Positions 1 to 7,868 of a stretch of 21,283 nt of DNA are shown here, piece after piece (position 1 is the first letter of the stretch; each line of letters opens with the position of its first letter). The notes beneath the pieces were generated by a model. That model ran no database searches. It had not been told where the DNA came from and saw only the letters and a list, made by a program, of their open reading frames with translations. The position numbers and the translations under genes are program-made. Location: the NCBI GenBank assembly GCA_964591795.1, contig CAZQEL010000017.1, positions 1 to 21,283 on the forward strand, written 5' to 3'. The DNA is from an uncultured archaeon. GTDB taxonomy: Archaea; Iainarchaeota; Iainarchaeia; Iainarchaeales; CSSED10-239.

Positions 1-549
1 AAATGTACGACCGATCCCCTTTTTTGCAATAGTATGGGGCTTGAGACCGTTTATTTTTTCTCCCTTGTATTTAACGATACCGGACGTTGGTTTCAGTTCT
101 CCCGTTATCATATTGAACAACGTAGTTTTCCCGGCACCATTCGGCCCTATGACGCCGATTCTCCTACCTTGTTGAAAATTGTAGCTCACATTTTCAACCG
201 CGGCAACACCCCCGAACTTCACCGTCAGATCTTTTAATTCTATTATATTTTTTTCTAGAATTGCACTATTTTCAATACTATTTAAATCATTATTATTTAA
301 TTTAAAATTAATTTTTACATTTTTTGTAATTGGAATATAATTTTTTAATATTAATTGGAAATATGCTTTAGATTTATCATCAATTTTATTTATGGAAAAA
401 TCATAATTTTTACAAATTGAATCACCTTTATTAATTATTAGGTCACCTGGAGTGATACTTGAAAGTGTTTTTTCATCTAAAATAGCTCCATGAATAACAG
501 TCCCTAATATTAAGATACTAAATAGCACAAATATAATTTTTTTAAGCAT
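1..549 (-). CDS. Partial ORF running off the left edge. An AT-rich N-terminal signal-peptide/TM-like segment (549 down to ~241) is fused in frame to the N-terminus of a LivG/BraF-type ABC transporter ATP-binding domain (240 down to 1).
   Basis: Absent from the supplied ORF track because it has no stop inside the window. By my triplet-by-triplet check, the minus-strand frame is open from ATG 549..547 to position 1 (183 codons), and the ATG follows a GGTGA Shine-Dalgarno-like motif (ggtgaagaaatATG). Translation: MLKKIIFVLFSILILGTVIHGAILDEK...NSAILEKNIIELKDLTVKFGGVAAVENVSYNFQQGRRIGVIGPNGAGKTTLFNMITGELKPTSGIVKYKGEKINGLKPHTIAKKGIGRTF. The Walker A motif GPNGAGKTT and the xLxVxFGG N-terminus are typical of LivG-like ABC ATPases. 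Confidence 0.6.
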   Translation of the reverse strand, partial: MLKKIIFVLFSILILGTVIHGAILDEKTLSSITPGDLIINKGDSICKNYDFSINKIDDKSKAYFQLILKNYIPITKNVKINFKLNNNDLNSIENSAILEKNIIELKDLTVKFGGVAAVENVSYNFQQGRRIGVIGPNGAGKTTLFNMITGELKPTSGIVKYKGEKINGLKPHTIAKKGIGRTF

Positions 550-611
550 ATTTCTTCACCATATATATTACAATCTATTAATTTATATAATTATCTTATT
601 TTTGTTTAGAA

Positions 612-3600
612 TTAGTGTCTGATTATCTTTTTCTTTTTGTTTTTTTGATTTTGAGATTTTTCTTTTTTATCTAATCTTAAGTAAATATATACTCCAGAAA
701 ATAAAATAATTATGACTATGCTAATTAATGTTGGTTTTAATTGTTTATTTGAAATATCATTTTTTTTTGTATTATTTTTTAATAAAACTATTGTGTTTAG
801 ATATTTTTCGTTATCATAGTTGTTTTTTGCAAGTTCTAAAATTTCCTTATCGTATGAGGTTTTTTGATAATTACTAATTTCTGTTTTTGCATCTGATTTG
901 ATAATATTTAAACCTACTTCTAAAATAGTAATATCGGCTTTAATTTTATTAATTCTATTTATTGTTTCTGTAGAAATAGAATCTATAGCTGCAGCATATT
1001 TTTGGTTATCATAATTTTCTTTAAAATTAGTTAATTCTCTATTTAATAAAACTCCATCTATAAATACAATATTTTTTTCAAGCCTTTTAGCATCATTTTC
1101 TGTAATTCCTGCATAATATTTTAAACTATAGAGATCTCGCAAAGTATAATCATCATATAATGTATACACTTTTGTAATTAGTTCTGTAATTTGTCTAGTG
1201 TCCAATCCATTTGTGATTGGGTCTATCAATGAATATATTTGATCAGATTTTAATTTCAAATTATCTGATATTATTTTTGTTATGTTATTTATATCTGTGG
1301 TTTTAATTAATTCATCAATATTGATTGTTGTTAAGTTATATTTATTAATAAGTTCCTTTTGAGATTCTAGTTGTGTTATATTTTCTTCAAATTTAAATTT
1401 AATATATTTTTTTTCACGATTATTTACTTCTTCAATAAATTCATTTAATTGAATTTCATAAAAAATAATGTTTTTGTATTTGTTATTATTAATATTAACT
1501 AATTTTACTTTTTCTATATTTGATAGTTTGTTTTGATCTATTTTATTATAATTTATAAAATATTTTGTTTCAGCAGTTTCACACAAATAATATTTTTTTT
1601 GGATTAATTGTAATTTAGGTATTTTTGTGTACATTGATTTTATTTCGTTTAGAGTGTATTCTTTATTTAAGTTAAAACTTATTTCTAGTGTGAAGTTAGC
1701 TTGTACTTCTTTTTTAATATTTTCAAACACACTTAAATTTAATTTTTGAATTTCTAATAAATAATTATCTAATTCATTATATACTTTTGATTTAGCACAC
1801 ATTTTTTGTAAATTGATTTGAGTAGTTTTATCTTGTTTAAGTGTTAAATTTATTTTTATTTTATCTCCTTCTATTATTGGGTTAATTTCTTTGTTATTTT
1901 CAAAAATAATAGCTAGTTCATCTTCTTTATAATTCATTAAATTTAGTTTTTGATTAATATCTTTTGGGAATAAGTTTTTAAGAGTGTATTTTTCTATAAT
2001 AATAAATTTATCTAGGGTGAGTTCTTCAATGTATATTTGTTTAAGTGTTTCAAATATTGTACCTGTAAGATATATTTTATTATTCTTTTTTGTAGTGTAT
2101 TTAATTACATTATCCTCTAAAAAAATATTTGGATCTGTAGTTTTAAATTCTGGTAAAAAAGTTATTTCATCTTTAATTCCTTCAACTGTATTTTCTATAT
2201 CTATTTCTACAATTGCATCATCTATTCCTAAATATTTTAAATAATAAGTTATTTTTTTTTCATTTAAATAATTTATATTAAAATAATTTTCACCAGAAAA
2301 CAATATTTCTAATTGTATTTTTGTAGATGTTATTTTTAGTTTATTATTATTGCTTGTAATTTGTGTATATGGGTTTGATAAAGTTATAGTTTCTAATTTA
2401 AATGAAAATGGATTTTTAATAATTAAGTTATTTTGATTTATATGAATGTAGTCTAAGTTGTTTTTTATAATTTGTTTTGCAAGTTCATTTAATAAATTAT
2501 CATTTTTAATAAGTGTTGTAATTTTAGAGTCTATATCAATTATTTTTTCGATATTTTTTTGATCTTGTAATTTAGTTAAATATGTATGAATTTTAATTAA
2601 ATCTGATTTTACAATATAGTTTTGCGAAAAAATATTTATTTCTTTAATTTTTATATTTTCGGTTTTTATTAATTCAGATAATAGAGTTATTTTTTCATTA
2701 GTTGTAAGTATATAATTAATATTTCCTACTACTTCTACACACTGTTTGTTGTCATCAATCATAAGTAACTCAAAATCTTTTGTTTCAGCCTCATTTGTTT
2801 TAAGAAAGAATTCAAGTTGTTTATTACATTCTGGATTATTTAGTGCTTTGTTAATGTCTTCACAAAATTTCATTTTTTTTATTAAATTATTTGTTTTTTG
2901 ATAATCATTAATTTTTGTTTTAAAATAAATGCTAGTATATTCTTTTGCGTAATCTATTATTAAATCACACTCTAACATGTTAATAGAATTAACATTATTT
3001 TGGGTATCTTCGTTTAATTTGTTTTTACTTATTTCATTTTTAATAGTTTTTAAACTAGATAAGTATGCACCAAAACTAGTTTTTGATTCTGCAAAATTAT
3101 TTTTATTTATATAATATTGGGTTTTACTGTTGTCACTTAAATAATTTTCATCAATTTCAATTTCTTCTTCTAATATTTTTATTTTTGCAAATACTTCATC
3201 TAAATTTTCATTTAAACTGTTATTTATATTCTTTAATTCAATAGCAAGTGAATTTTCTTTGCCAATAAATTTATCTGTTAGTAAATAATAATTATATACA
3301 TCTAATTTGTTTGCAAGTGTATTTATTCGTTTTAAATCCATGATATTTGATGCAGTGTTAAGTGCAAAATAACCTATTCCAAAAAGTTCTGGTATATTAA
3401 CTTCAAAGGAATTAGTCTCTTCTTCGTAAATTTCTAAATAATATGCAGATAGATCACTTATATTTTCTTTTTTAATATAATTAGATCTAAATCCTATTTC
3501 TTTAGCGTAATCATATAAGTTTTTAATTTCTGTATTTAATTTAGATATATAAGAGGTAGAATTTTTGATTTCTTTTAAGTCATTTAAATTTTGATTAAGT

Positions 3601-4100
3601 AGTATATAATCATCATAAAGTAATTCTTCTGGAATTAAATTAATTTCTTGTTTTTCTAAATAAATGGCATATGCTGTAATTAAGTTTATACTTTCTTTTG
3701 ATGTTTTATCAATATATTTGAATGATTCTGCAAAATAGAACCTAGATAAATTCAGATTATCTAAAATTTCTTTTGGTTTATTGCTTTGGCAGGCCCTATT
3801 TATTTTATCTAATAGTTTAGTTGTTTTTGTGTAATAAAAATAGCTAGAGGCAATGTGATTTTGATAAGCTAAAAGTGTATTGTGGATACTATAGGGTAAA
3901 TACTTACTAGAATAATATCCAATAGAGTCTACTTGGGCGTAACAAGATTTTTGCGTTAGACATCCCTCTATAGATGTTGATGAAAAATGAGTTAAAGCAA
4001 GACAAGCTTGCTTTTCTTGAGTGGTAATTAATTCGACACAACCTGAAATACTTACTAAAATAATCAATAAAAATATAATTAAATATTTTTTATTTTTCAC
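612..4100 (-). CDS. Giant (1162 aa) predicted cell-surface protein with an N-terminal lipoprotein-type signal peptide and a C-terminal transmembrane anchor. Function unknown; candidate envelope, S-layer or adhesion protein.
   Basis: 3.5 kb uninterrupted ORF in about 20% GC DNA. GTG start at 4100 with GGGAG 12 nt upstream. The N-terminus MKNKKYLIIFLLIILVSISGC carries a lipobox-like ISGC. The C-terminus has a hydrophobic helix (LISIVIIILFSGVYIYL) followed by a K-rich tail. Many N-x-S/T sequons are present (NLS, NST, NIS, NLT, NFT, NIT, NNT) along with scattered Cys pairs. No enzymatic motif recognised. Confidence 0.85.
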   Translation of the reverse strand: MKNKKYLIIFLLIILVSISGCVELITTQEKQACLALTHFSSTSIEGCLTQKSCYAQVDSIGYYSSKYLPYSIHNTLLAYQNHIASSYFYYTKTTKLLDKINRACQSNKPKEILDNLNLSRFYFAESFKYIDKTSKESINLITAYAIYLEKQEINLIPEELLYDDYILLNQNLNDLKEIKNSTSYISKLNTEIKNLYDYAKEIGFRSNYIKKENISDLSAYYLEIYEEETNSFEVNIPELFGIGYFALNTASNIMDLKRINTLANKLDVYNYYLLTDKFIGKENSLAIELKNINNSLNENLDEVFAKIKILEEEIEIDENYLSDNSKTQYYINKNNFAESKTSFGAYLSSLKTIKNEISKNKLNEDTQNNVNSINMLECDLIIDYAKEYTSIYFKTKINDYQKTNNLIKKMKFCEDINKALNNPECNKQLEFFLKTNEAETKDFELLMIDDNKQCVEVVGNINYILTTNEKITLLSELIKTENIKIKEINIFSQNYIVKSDLIKIHTYLTKLQDQKNIEKIIDIDSKITTLIKNDNLLNELAKQIIKNNLDYIHINQNNLIIKNPFSFKLETITLSNPYTQITSNNNKLKITSTKIQLEILFSGENYFNINYLNEKKITYYLKYLGIDDAIVEIDIENTVEGIKDEITFLPEFKTTDPNIFLEDNVIKYTTKKNNKIYLTGTIFETLKQIYIEELTLDKFIIIEKYTLKNLFPKDINQKLNLMNYKEDELAIIFENNKEINPIIEGDKIKINLTLKQDKTTQINLQKMCAKSKVYNELDNYLLEIQKLNLSVFENIKKEVQANFTLEISFNLNKEYTLNEIKSMYTKIPKLQLIQKKYYLCETAETKYFINYNKIDQNKLSNIEKVKLVNINNNKYKNIIFYEIQLNEFIEEVNNREKKYIKFKFEENITQLESQKELINKYNLTTINIDELIKTTDINNITKIISDNLKLKSDQIYSLIDPITNGLDTRQITELITKVYTLYDDYTLRDLYSLKYYAGITENDAKRLEKNIVFIDGVLLNRELTNFKENYDNQKYAAAIDSISTETINRINKIKADITILEVGLNIIKSDAKTEISNYQKTSYDKEILELAKNNYDNEKYLNTIVLLKNNTKKNDISNKQLKPTLISIVIIILFSGVYIYLRLDKKEKSQNQKNKKKKIIRH

Positions 4101-4120
4101 TTATAGTTTAAACTCCCGTA

Positions 4121-4471
4121 TTAGTATCTAACAATACCTTCTGCATTTATAGTTACTATTTTAAATTTAATTTTATTTTTTAATAATATTGATAAAATAC
4201 CACTGTGTTCTTTTCCGCTTCCAGAGTGGAGGTTAAGTTCAATATCATTAAGGTTTTTAGGCATTTGTTTTTCAATGTCGTCAACTATTTCACTAAAACC
4301 TTTTCTTGGGTCAATTATTATCCAATTTACTTTTTTAGAGCAAGTAAATTTATCTTGTGCCCATTCGTTTGATATTAAATATACATTTTCATATTCATTA
4401 TTATCTATTATGTGTGCTACTTGACCCCAAGTACCTTTTCCTGTACTTAAAATTCCTAAAAATGTTTTCAT
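4121..4471 (-). CDS. Small (116 aa) Rossmann-like protein, possibly a CARF-like ligand-binding domain. Hypothetical.
   Basis: ATG immediately follows the TAA of the upstream wHTH gene, and GGTGGTGA just before it acts as an SD-like motif. Alternating strand/helix pattern with a Gly-rich loop after the first strand (FLGILSTGKGTWGQV), a second loop NLHSGSGKEHSGILSILL, and a terminal strand FKIVTINAEG. The CARF resemblance is from memory of Csa3-type domains and was not aligned. Confidence 0.7.
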   Translation of the reverse strand: MKTFLGILSTGKGTWGQVAHIIDNNEYENVYLISNEWAQDKFTCSKKVNWIIIDPRKGFSEIVDDIEKQMPKNLNDIELNLHSGSGKEHSGILSILLKNKIKFKIVTINAEGIVRY

Positions 4472-4792
4472 TTATTCACCACCGTTTAAATTAAATTTTT
4501 CTTTTGCTATTTGATATACTTGCACAAATTCTTCTCCTTTTTCTGTAAGATAGTATGTTGACTCATCATCAATTTCAATTTTTTTGATAAGTGTGTTTTG
4601 AACAAGTGTATCTAATATATTATATAGAATAGATACATTTTTAAAATATATATTAACTTTCAATTCTTGATGTTTTTGAGGTTTTTTATTAATTTCCAAT
4701 AAAACCTGTATATGTTCTTTTGAATTTAGAATTTTTAATAATTCTGGTTCTTTTTCAATTATTTCTACTAGTCTCTCTTTCTTATCGGTCAT
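4472..4792 (-). CDS. Winged helix-turn-helix transcriptional regulator (ArsR/MarR-like), 106 aa.
   Basis: Pattern ...ELLKILNSKEHIQVLLEINKKPQKHQELKVNIYFKNVSILYNILDTLVQNTLIKKIEIDDESTYYLTEKGEEF matches the ArsR-type wHTH layout (helix-turn-helix, then a beta-hairpin wing ending Y-x-L-T-x-x-G). The start lies 1 nt after the elp3 stop. Confidence 0.75.
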   Translation of the reverse strand: MTDKKERLVEIIEKEPELLKILNSKEHIQVLLEINKKPQKHQELKVNIYFKNVSILYNILDTLVQNTLIKKIEIDDESTYYLTEKGEEFVQVYQIAKEKFNLNGGE

Positions 4793-4793
4793 A

Positions 4794-6323
4794 TTAAATC
4801 TTTTTTACCATGTAGTTGCCTTTTAGGTTATATCCTTGTTTTTTATAATACTCTCTAACTCCAATTCCACTTATTATTGCTATGTGTGTCATGTTTTCTT
4901 CAAGAGATATTTCTTCTGCAATTGTTAATAGTTTTTTACCAATACCTCTGTGTTGGATATTTTTATCCTTAAATTCAGTGGCCTGTCCATAAACATGAAG
5001 TTCTCTAACAATTGATGTTGTTTTAGTTATTTCTTTAATAAATGGTTTGTAAGGTATTCTAAGTCTAATAAATCCTAATAGATAATCATTCTTTTCTGCA
5101 TATATGAAATATTCGGTTCCATTTGATGCTTTGTATTTTATTTTTTTAATTGAATATTTTTTAATTTCAGTAATTTTCTCTTTAGGTTCAGAGCATCTAA
5201 TACAATTACATTTTGTACCCCTTTCTTTCATTTCTTTAAATACCATTTGTCTTAGGTTACTTTTATTTATACCTGCAAGTATTTTGGTTGCTGGAATATC
5301 TCTTTGCACTCTCATTATTCTAACCCATTTAGGTACAATTTCCTTAATGTCTGCAATTAGGTTTATTATTTCTTTTTCTGTATGTGGTATGTATTTTTGT
5401 GCATAATACATTTTTTCAAGAACTGTGTGTTCAGTAACCAAACATGGATATATTTTAATCATATCAGGACAATAATTAGGATTTTTAAAAATTTCTTTAA
5501 AGGCCTTAAGATCTTTTTTAATTGAGCTTTTTGGTAAGTCAATCATCATGTGATATAAAACTTTAAATCCAGTATCTTTTAATTTTTGAGTTGCTTCAAT
5601 AACTTCTTTTATTCCATGTCCTCTTTTAACAAAAATGTGAATGTTGTCATAGGTTGTTTGAACTCCAAGTTCAACTCTAGTTCCTCCAAAATTAAGAAGT
5701 CTTTTGATTATTTTTTCATCACAATAATCTGGTCTTGTTTCAAAAGTTAATCCAACCATTCTTTTTTTTGATTTCATCATTAATTTTTTTAAATAATTCA
5801 AATCTTTGCTTTTAGAGTTTGTTATTGCTTGGAAAGTTTTTACTATAAATTCATTTTGGTATTTTAGAGTTGTTGATGGAAACGTTCCCCCCATCACAAT
5901 TAATTCAAGTTTGTTTGTAGGATGTCCTATAGCTTCAAGTTGTTTAATTCTATCTTTTATTTGTTTATATGGATCAAAATTATTTAATTTTCCTCGCATA
6001 CTAGCAGGTTCAAAACCTGTGTAGCTTTTAGGAGTATTTTTAAAGTTTGGACAAAAAATACAATTCCCTGGACACACATGTGGTTTTGTCATAATTGAAA
6101 GGATAGTTACTCCTGATAAGGTTCTAGATGGTTTAGTGATAAATGTATTTGTTGGATTTTTAATATGTAGTGTGTTAAGTATATCTGAAGTAAGAGGTAA
6201 TTTAGATAAATTATATTTTTTAGCGAATTCTGCTTTTAGTCTTTGTAATTCTCTATATTTTATGTTTTTTAAATCTACATTTTTGAAAAATATCTTAATG
6301 TTTTTAATTTGTTTTTTGTTCAT
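4794..6323 (-). CDS. elp3: Elp3-family tRNA uridine(34) modification enzyme (radical SAM plus GNAT acetyltransferase domains).
   Basis: 509 aa. Radical-SAM cluster motif CPGNCIFCPN (CxxxCxxC) after the typical Elp3 N-terminal region. Also RVELGVQTTYD and a C-terminal GNAT motif QHRGIGKKLL (Q/RxxGxG). Length and domain order match archaeal Elp3. Confidence 0.9.
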   Translation of the reverse strand: MNKKQIKNIKIFFKNVDLKNIKYRELQRLKAEFAKKYNLSKLPLTSDILNTLHIKNPTNTFITKPSRTLSGVTILSIMTKPHVCPGNCIFCPNFKNTPKSYTGFEPASMRGKLNNFDPYKQIKDRIKQLEAIGHPTNKLELIVMGGTFPSTTLKYQNEFIVKTFQAITNSKSKDLNYLKKLMMKSKKRMVGLTFETRPDYCDEKIIKRLLNFGGTRVELGVQTTYDNIHIFVKRGHGIKEVIEATQKLKDTGFKVLYHMMIDLPKSSIKKDLKAFKEIFKNPNYCPDMIKIYPCLVTEHTVLEKMYYAQKYIPHTEKEIINLIADIKEIVPKWVRIMRVQRDIPATKILAGINKSNLRQMVFKEMKERGTKCNCIRCSEPKEKITEIKKYSIKKIKYKASNGTEYFIYAEKNDYLLGFIRLRIPYKPFIKEITKTTSIVRELHVYGQATEFKDKNIQHRGIGKKLLTIAEEISLEENMTHIAIISGIGVREYYKKQGYNLKGNYMVKKI

Positions 6324-6336
6324 AAGTAAAATTAGT

Positions 6337-7143
6337 TTAAATCATTTTAATTATTTTATTTAAAAAATAAATTGGTATTAGGTTTACATTAAATAATGGA
6401 AATGTATGTTTTTTAGATCCATAAATTGAGTTTAGATCTTTTTTAACCACAATATTTAATTTATAATTAATAATATTTTGAATTATTTTTTCATTTGATA
6501 CACTTTTTATTTGTAAATTTATTTCTTTTGGGCCAATTTCTTTTGGATAATATTCATATAATTTTTCTGAAATTGCATTTGGTAATAAAATAATTTCAAA
6601 TGAATTATTAAGTTTATTTCTTTTATTTATAAACCAAGTTGTTGGAAGGTCTGATTTTATAATTACTTTTTTAGTTGTGTTTGACTTGTTTATTAAATTG
6701 AGTATAATTGTTTCTTTTTGATTATAAGTTATAACTGGATTATAATTTATCAAATTACTATAAATTACATTATCTGTTATAAACATATTTAATCGCACTT
6801 CTTTTGTTTCTTGTTCCGAAGTTAATAATAACTTTAATGTGTATTGTCCTTTTAAATTTTCATCAAGTTTAATTATTGTAAATATACTTTCTTGAGTTTT
6901 TTTAGTTGGTTCAATAATTACATCTTTAATTTGGTTTTTTGCAACTGTGATTTGATTATAGTTTTCATTATTTTCAAGAAGGAAACTAATCATGAAAAAT
7001 TCCCCTGCTGAAAAAAACCCTAGATCTACTGTGTCGTTATTTGTAATATCTTTGGATAATGGTTCTAATATTTTTAATGCATATAAATTTCCTGCAAATA
7101 TGCTTATTATAAATAATATTAATATTAAATATTTCAGTTTCAT
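6337..7143 (-). CDS. Secreted or envelope protein with predicted beta-sandwich repeats. Hypothetical.
   Basis: The ORF track begins at a TTG (7161). The ATG at 7143 gives MKLKYLILILFIISIFAGNLYA, a canonical signal peptide. The remainder is beta-strand-rich with N-x-S/T sequons (NDT, NKS, NTT, NNS) and a hydrophobic C-terminal tail (FPLFNVNLIPIYFL). The stop lies 13 nt before the elp3 start. Confidence 0.7.
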   Translation of the reverse strand: MKLKYLILILFIISIFAGNLYALKILEPLSKDITNNDTVDLGFFSAGEFFMISFLLENNENYNQITVAKNQIKDVIIEPTKKTQESIFTIIKLDENLKGQYTLKLLLTSEQETKEVRLNMFITDNVIYSNLINYNPVITYNQKETIILNLINKSNTTKKVIIKSDLPTTWFINKRNKLNNSFEIILLPNAISEKLYEYYPKEIGPKEINLQIKSVSNEKIIQNIINYKLNIVVKKDLNSIYGSKKHTFPLFNVNLIPIYFLNKIIKMI

Positions 7144-7250
7144 AGGTTTATCATCTATCAAGTATCTTTATTAATTTATTTGTACATATACTATATACTA
7201 TACAAATATAAAAATGTTATTAATTTTAAAAATTAAAGAGGTTTTAAATT

Positions 7251-7859
7251 ATGAATTCAAATTCTGTTGATCAAAAGTATAATATGGTAAAAAAACATCA
7301 TACAAATACATTACAAGAAGCAATTGATACAAAAAAAGTGGATGAAATTTTAATTCCTTTTCTCTTAGAAGTGACTAAAATTCCAGATATATTTACATCA
7401 TCTTCATGTTGTGGTCGAATAATGTTACTTGCAACCGATGAATATGAAAATAAAAAAATATCTTCTTTTCATAAAAGATATCATCGAAAAGTAACTTTTG
7501 ATGAAATTAAAGCTGACTTAAATGCTTCTTCTGAAAGAGATATTTGGTTTAAAACTGAATCATTTATTTTTCATTTTGGGTGTAAAGATTATGTTAAAGC
7601 AAAAGAACTTTTAGCTTTTTGTCAACAACTTGGACTTAAAAAAGCAGGTATAATTACAGCTCATGATGGAAAGTATATTTTAGAAGTTACCAGCACACAA
7701 TATATGGCACTTCCTTTAAAAGAAAATAATAATATTTTAGTATCTGATGATTATCTTAAATTTATAATTGATAGGGCTAATAAAAAAATAGATATTAATT
7801 TTGAAAGGTTAGATAAATTTGAAAAAGCGTTTCTTAGTTTTTTTAAAAAAGAAAACTAA
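7251..7859 (+). CDS. taw3: tRNA wyosine-derivative methyltransferase Taw3 (TYW3 family).
   Basis: Signature TSSSCCGRI (family consensus T-SSCSGRI) about 50 aa from the N-terminus, followed by WFKTESFIFHFGCKD...A..LL..C..LGLKKAGI, as in TYW3/Taw3. AGAGG SD-like motif about 9 nt upstream of the ATG. Confidence 0.75.
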   Translation: MNSNSVDQKYNMVKKHHTNTLQEAIDTKKVDEILIPFLLEVTKIPDIFTSSSCCGRIMLLATDEYENKKISSFHKRYHRKVTFDEIKADLNASSERDIWFKTESFIFHFGCKDYVKAKELLAFCQQLGLKKAGIITAHDGKYILEVTSTQYMALPLKENNNILVSDDYLKFIIDRANKKIDINFERLDKFEKAFLSFFKKEN

Positions 7860-7868
7860 AAAAATAAT

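Noticed and set aside
34-237. 67-aa plus-strand ORF in the GC-richer left block.
   Set aside because: It is antisense to a segment whose minus-strand translation is an unmistakable ABC ATPase N-terminus (Walker A GPNGAGKTT). Its own translation has no recognisable features.
1984-2244. Short ORFs antisense to larger genes: 1984..2244, 5104..5406, 5806..6024, 6136..6363, 6992..7174, 7819..8079, 8434..8757, 10298..10510, 12223..12426 and 12910..13128.
   Set aside because: Each lies wholly or largely within a longer opposite-strand ORF that has homology or clear signal-peptide/TM logic. Their products are hydrophobic, low-complexity mirror translations.
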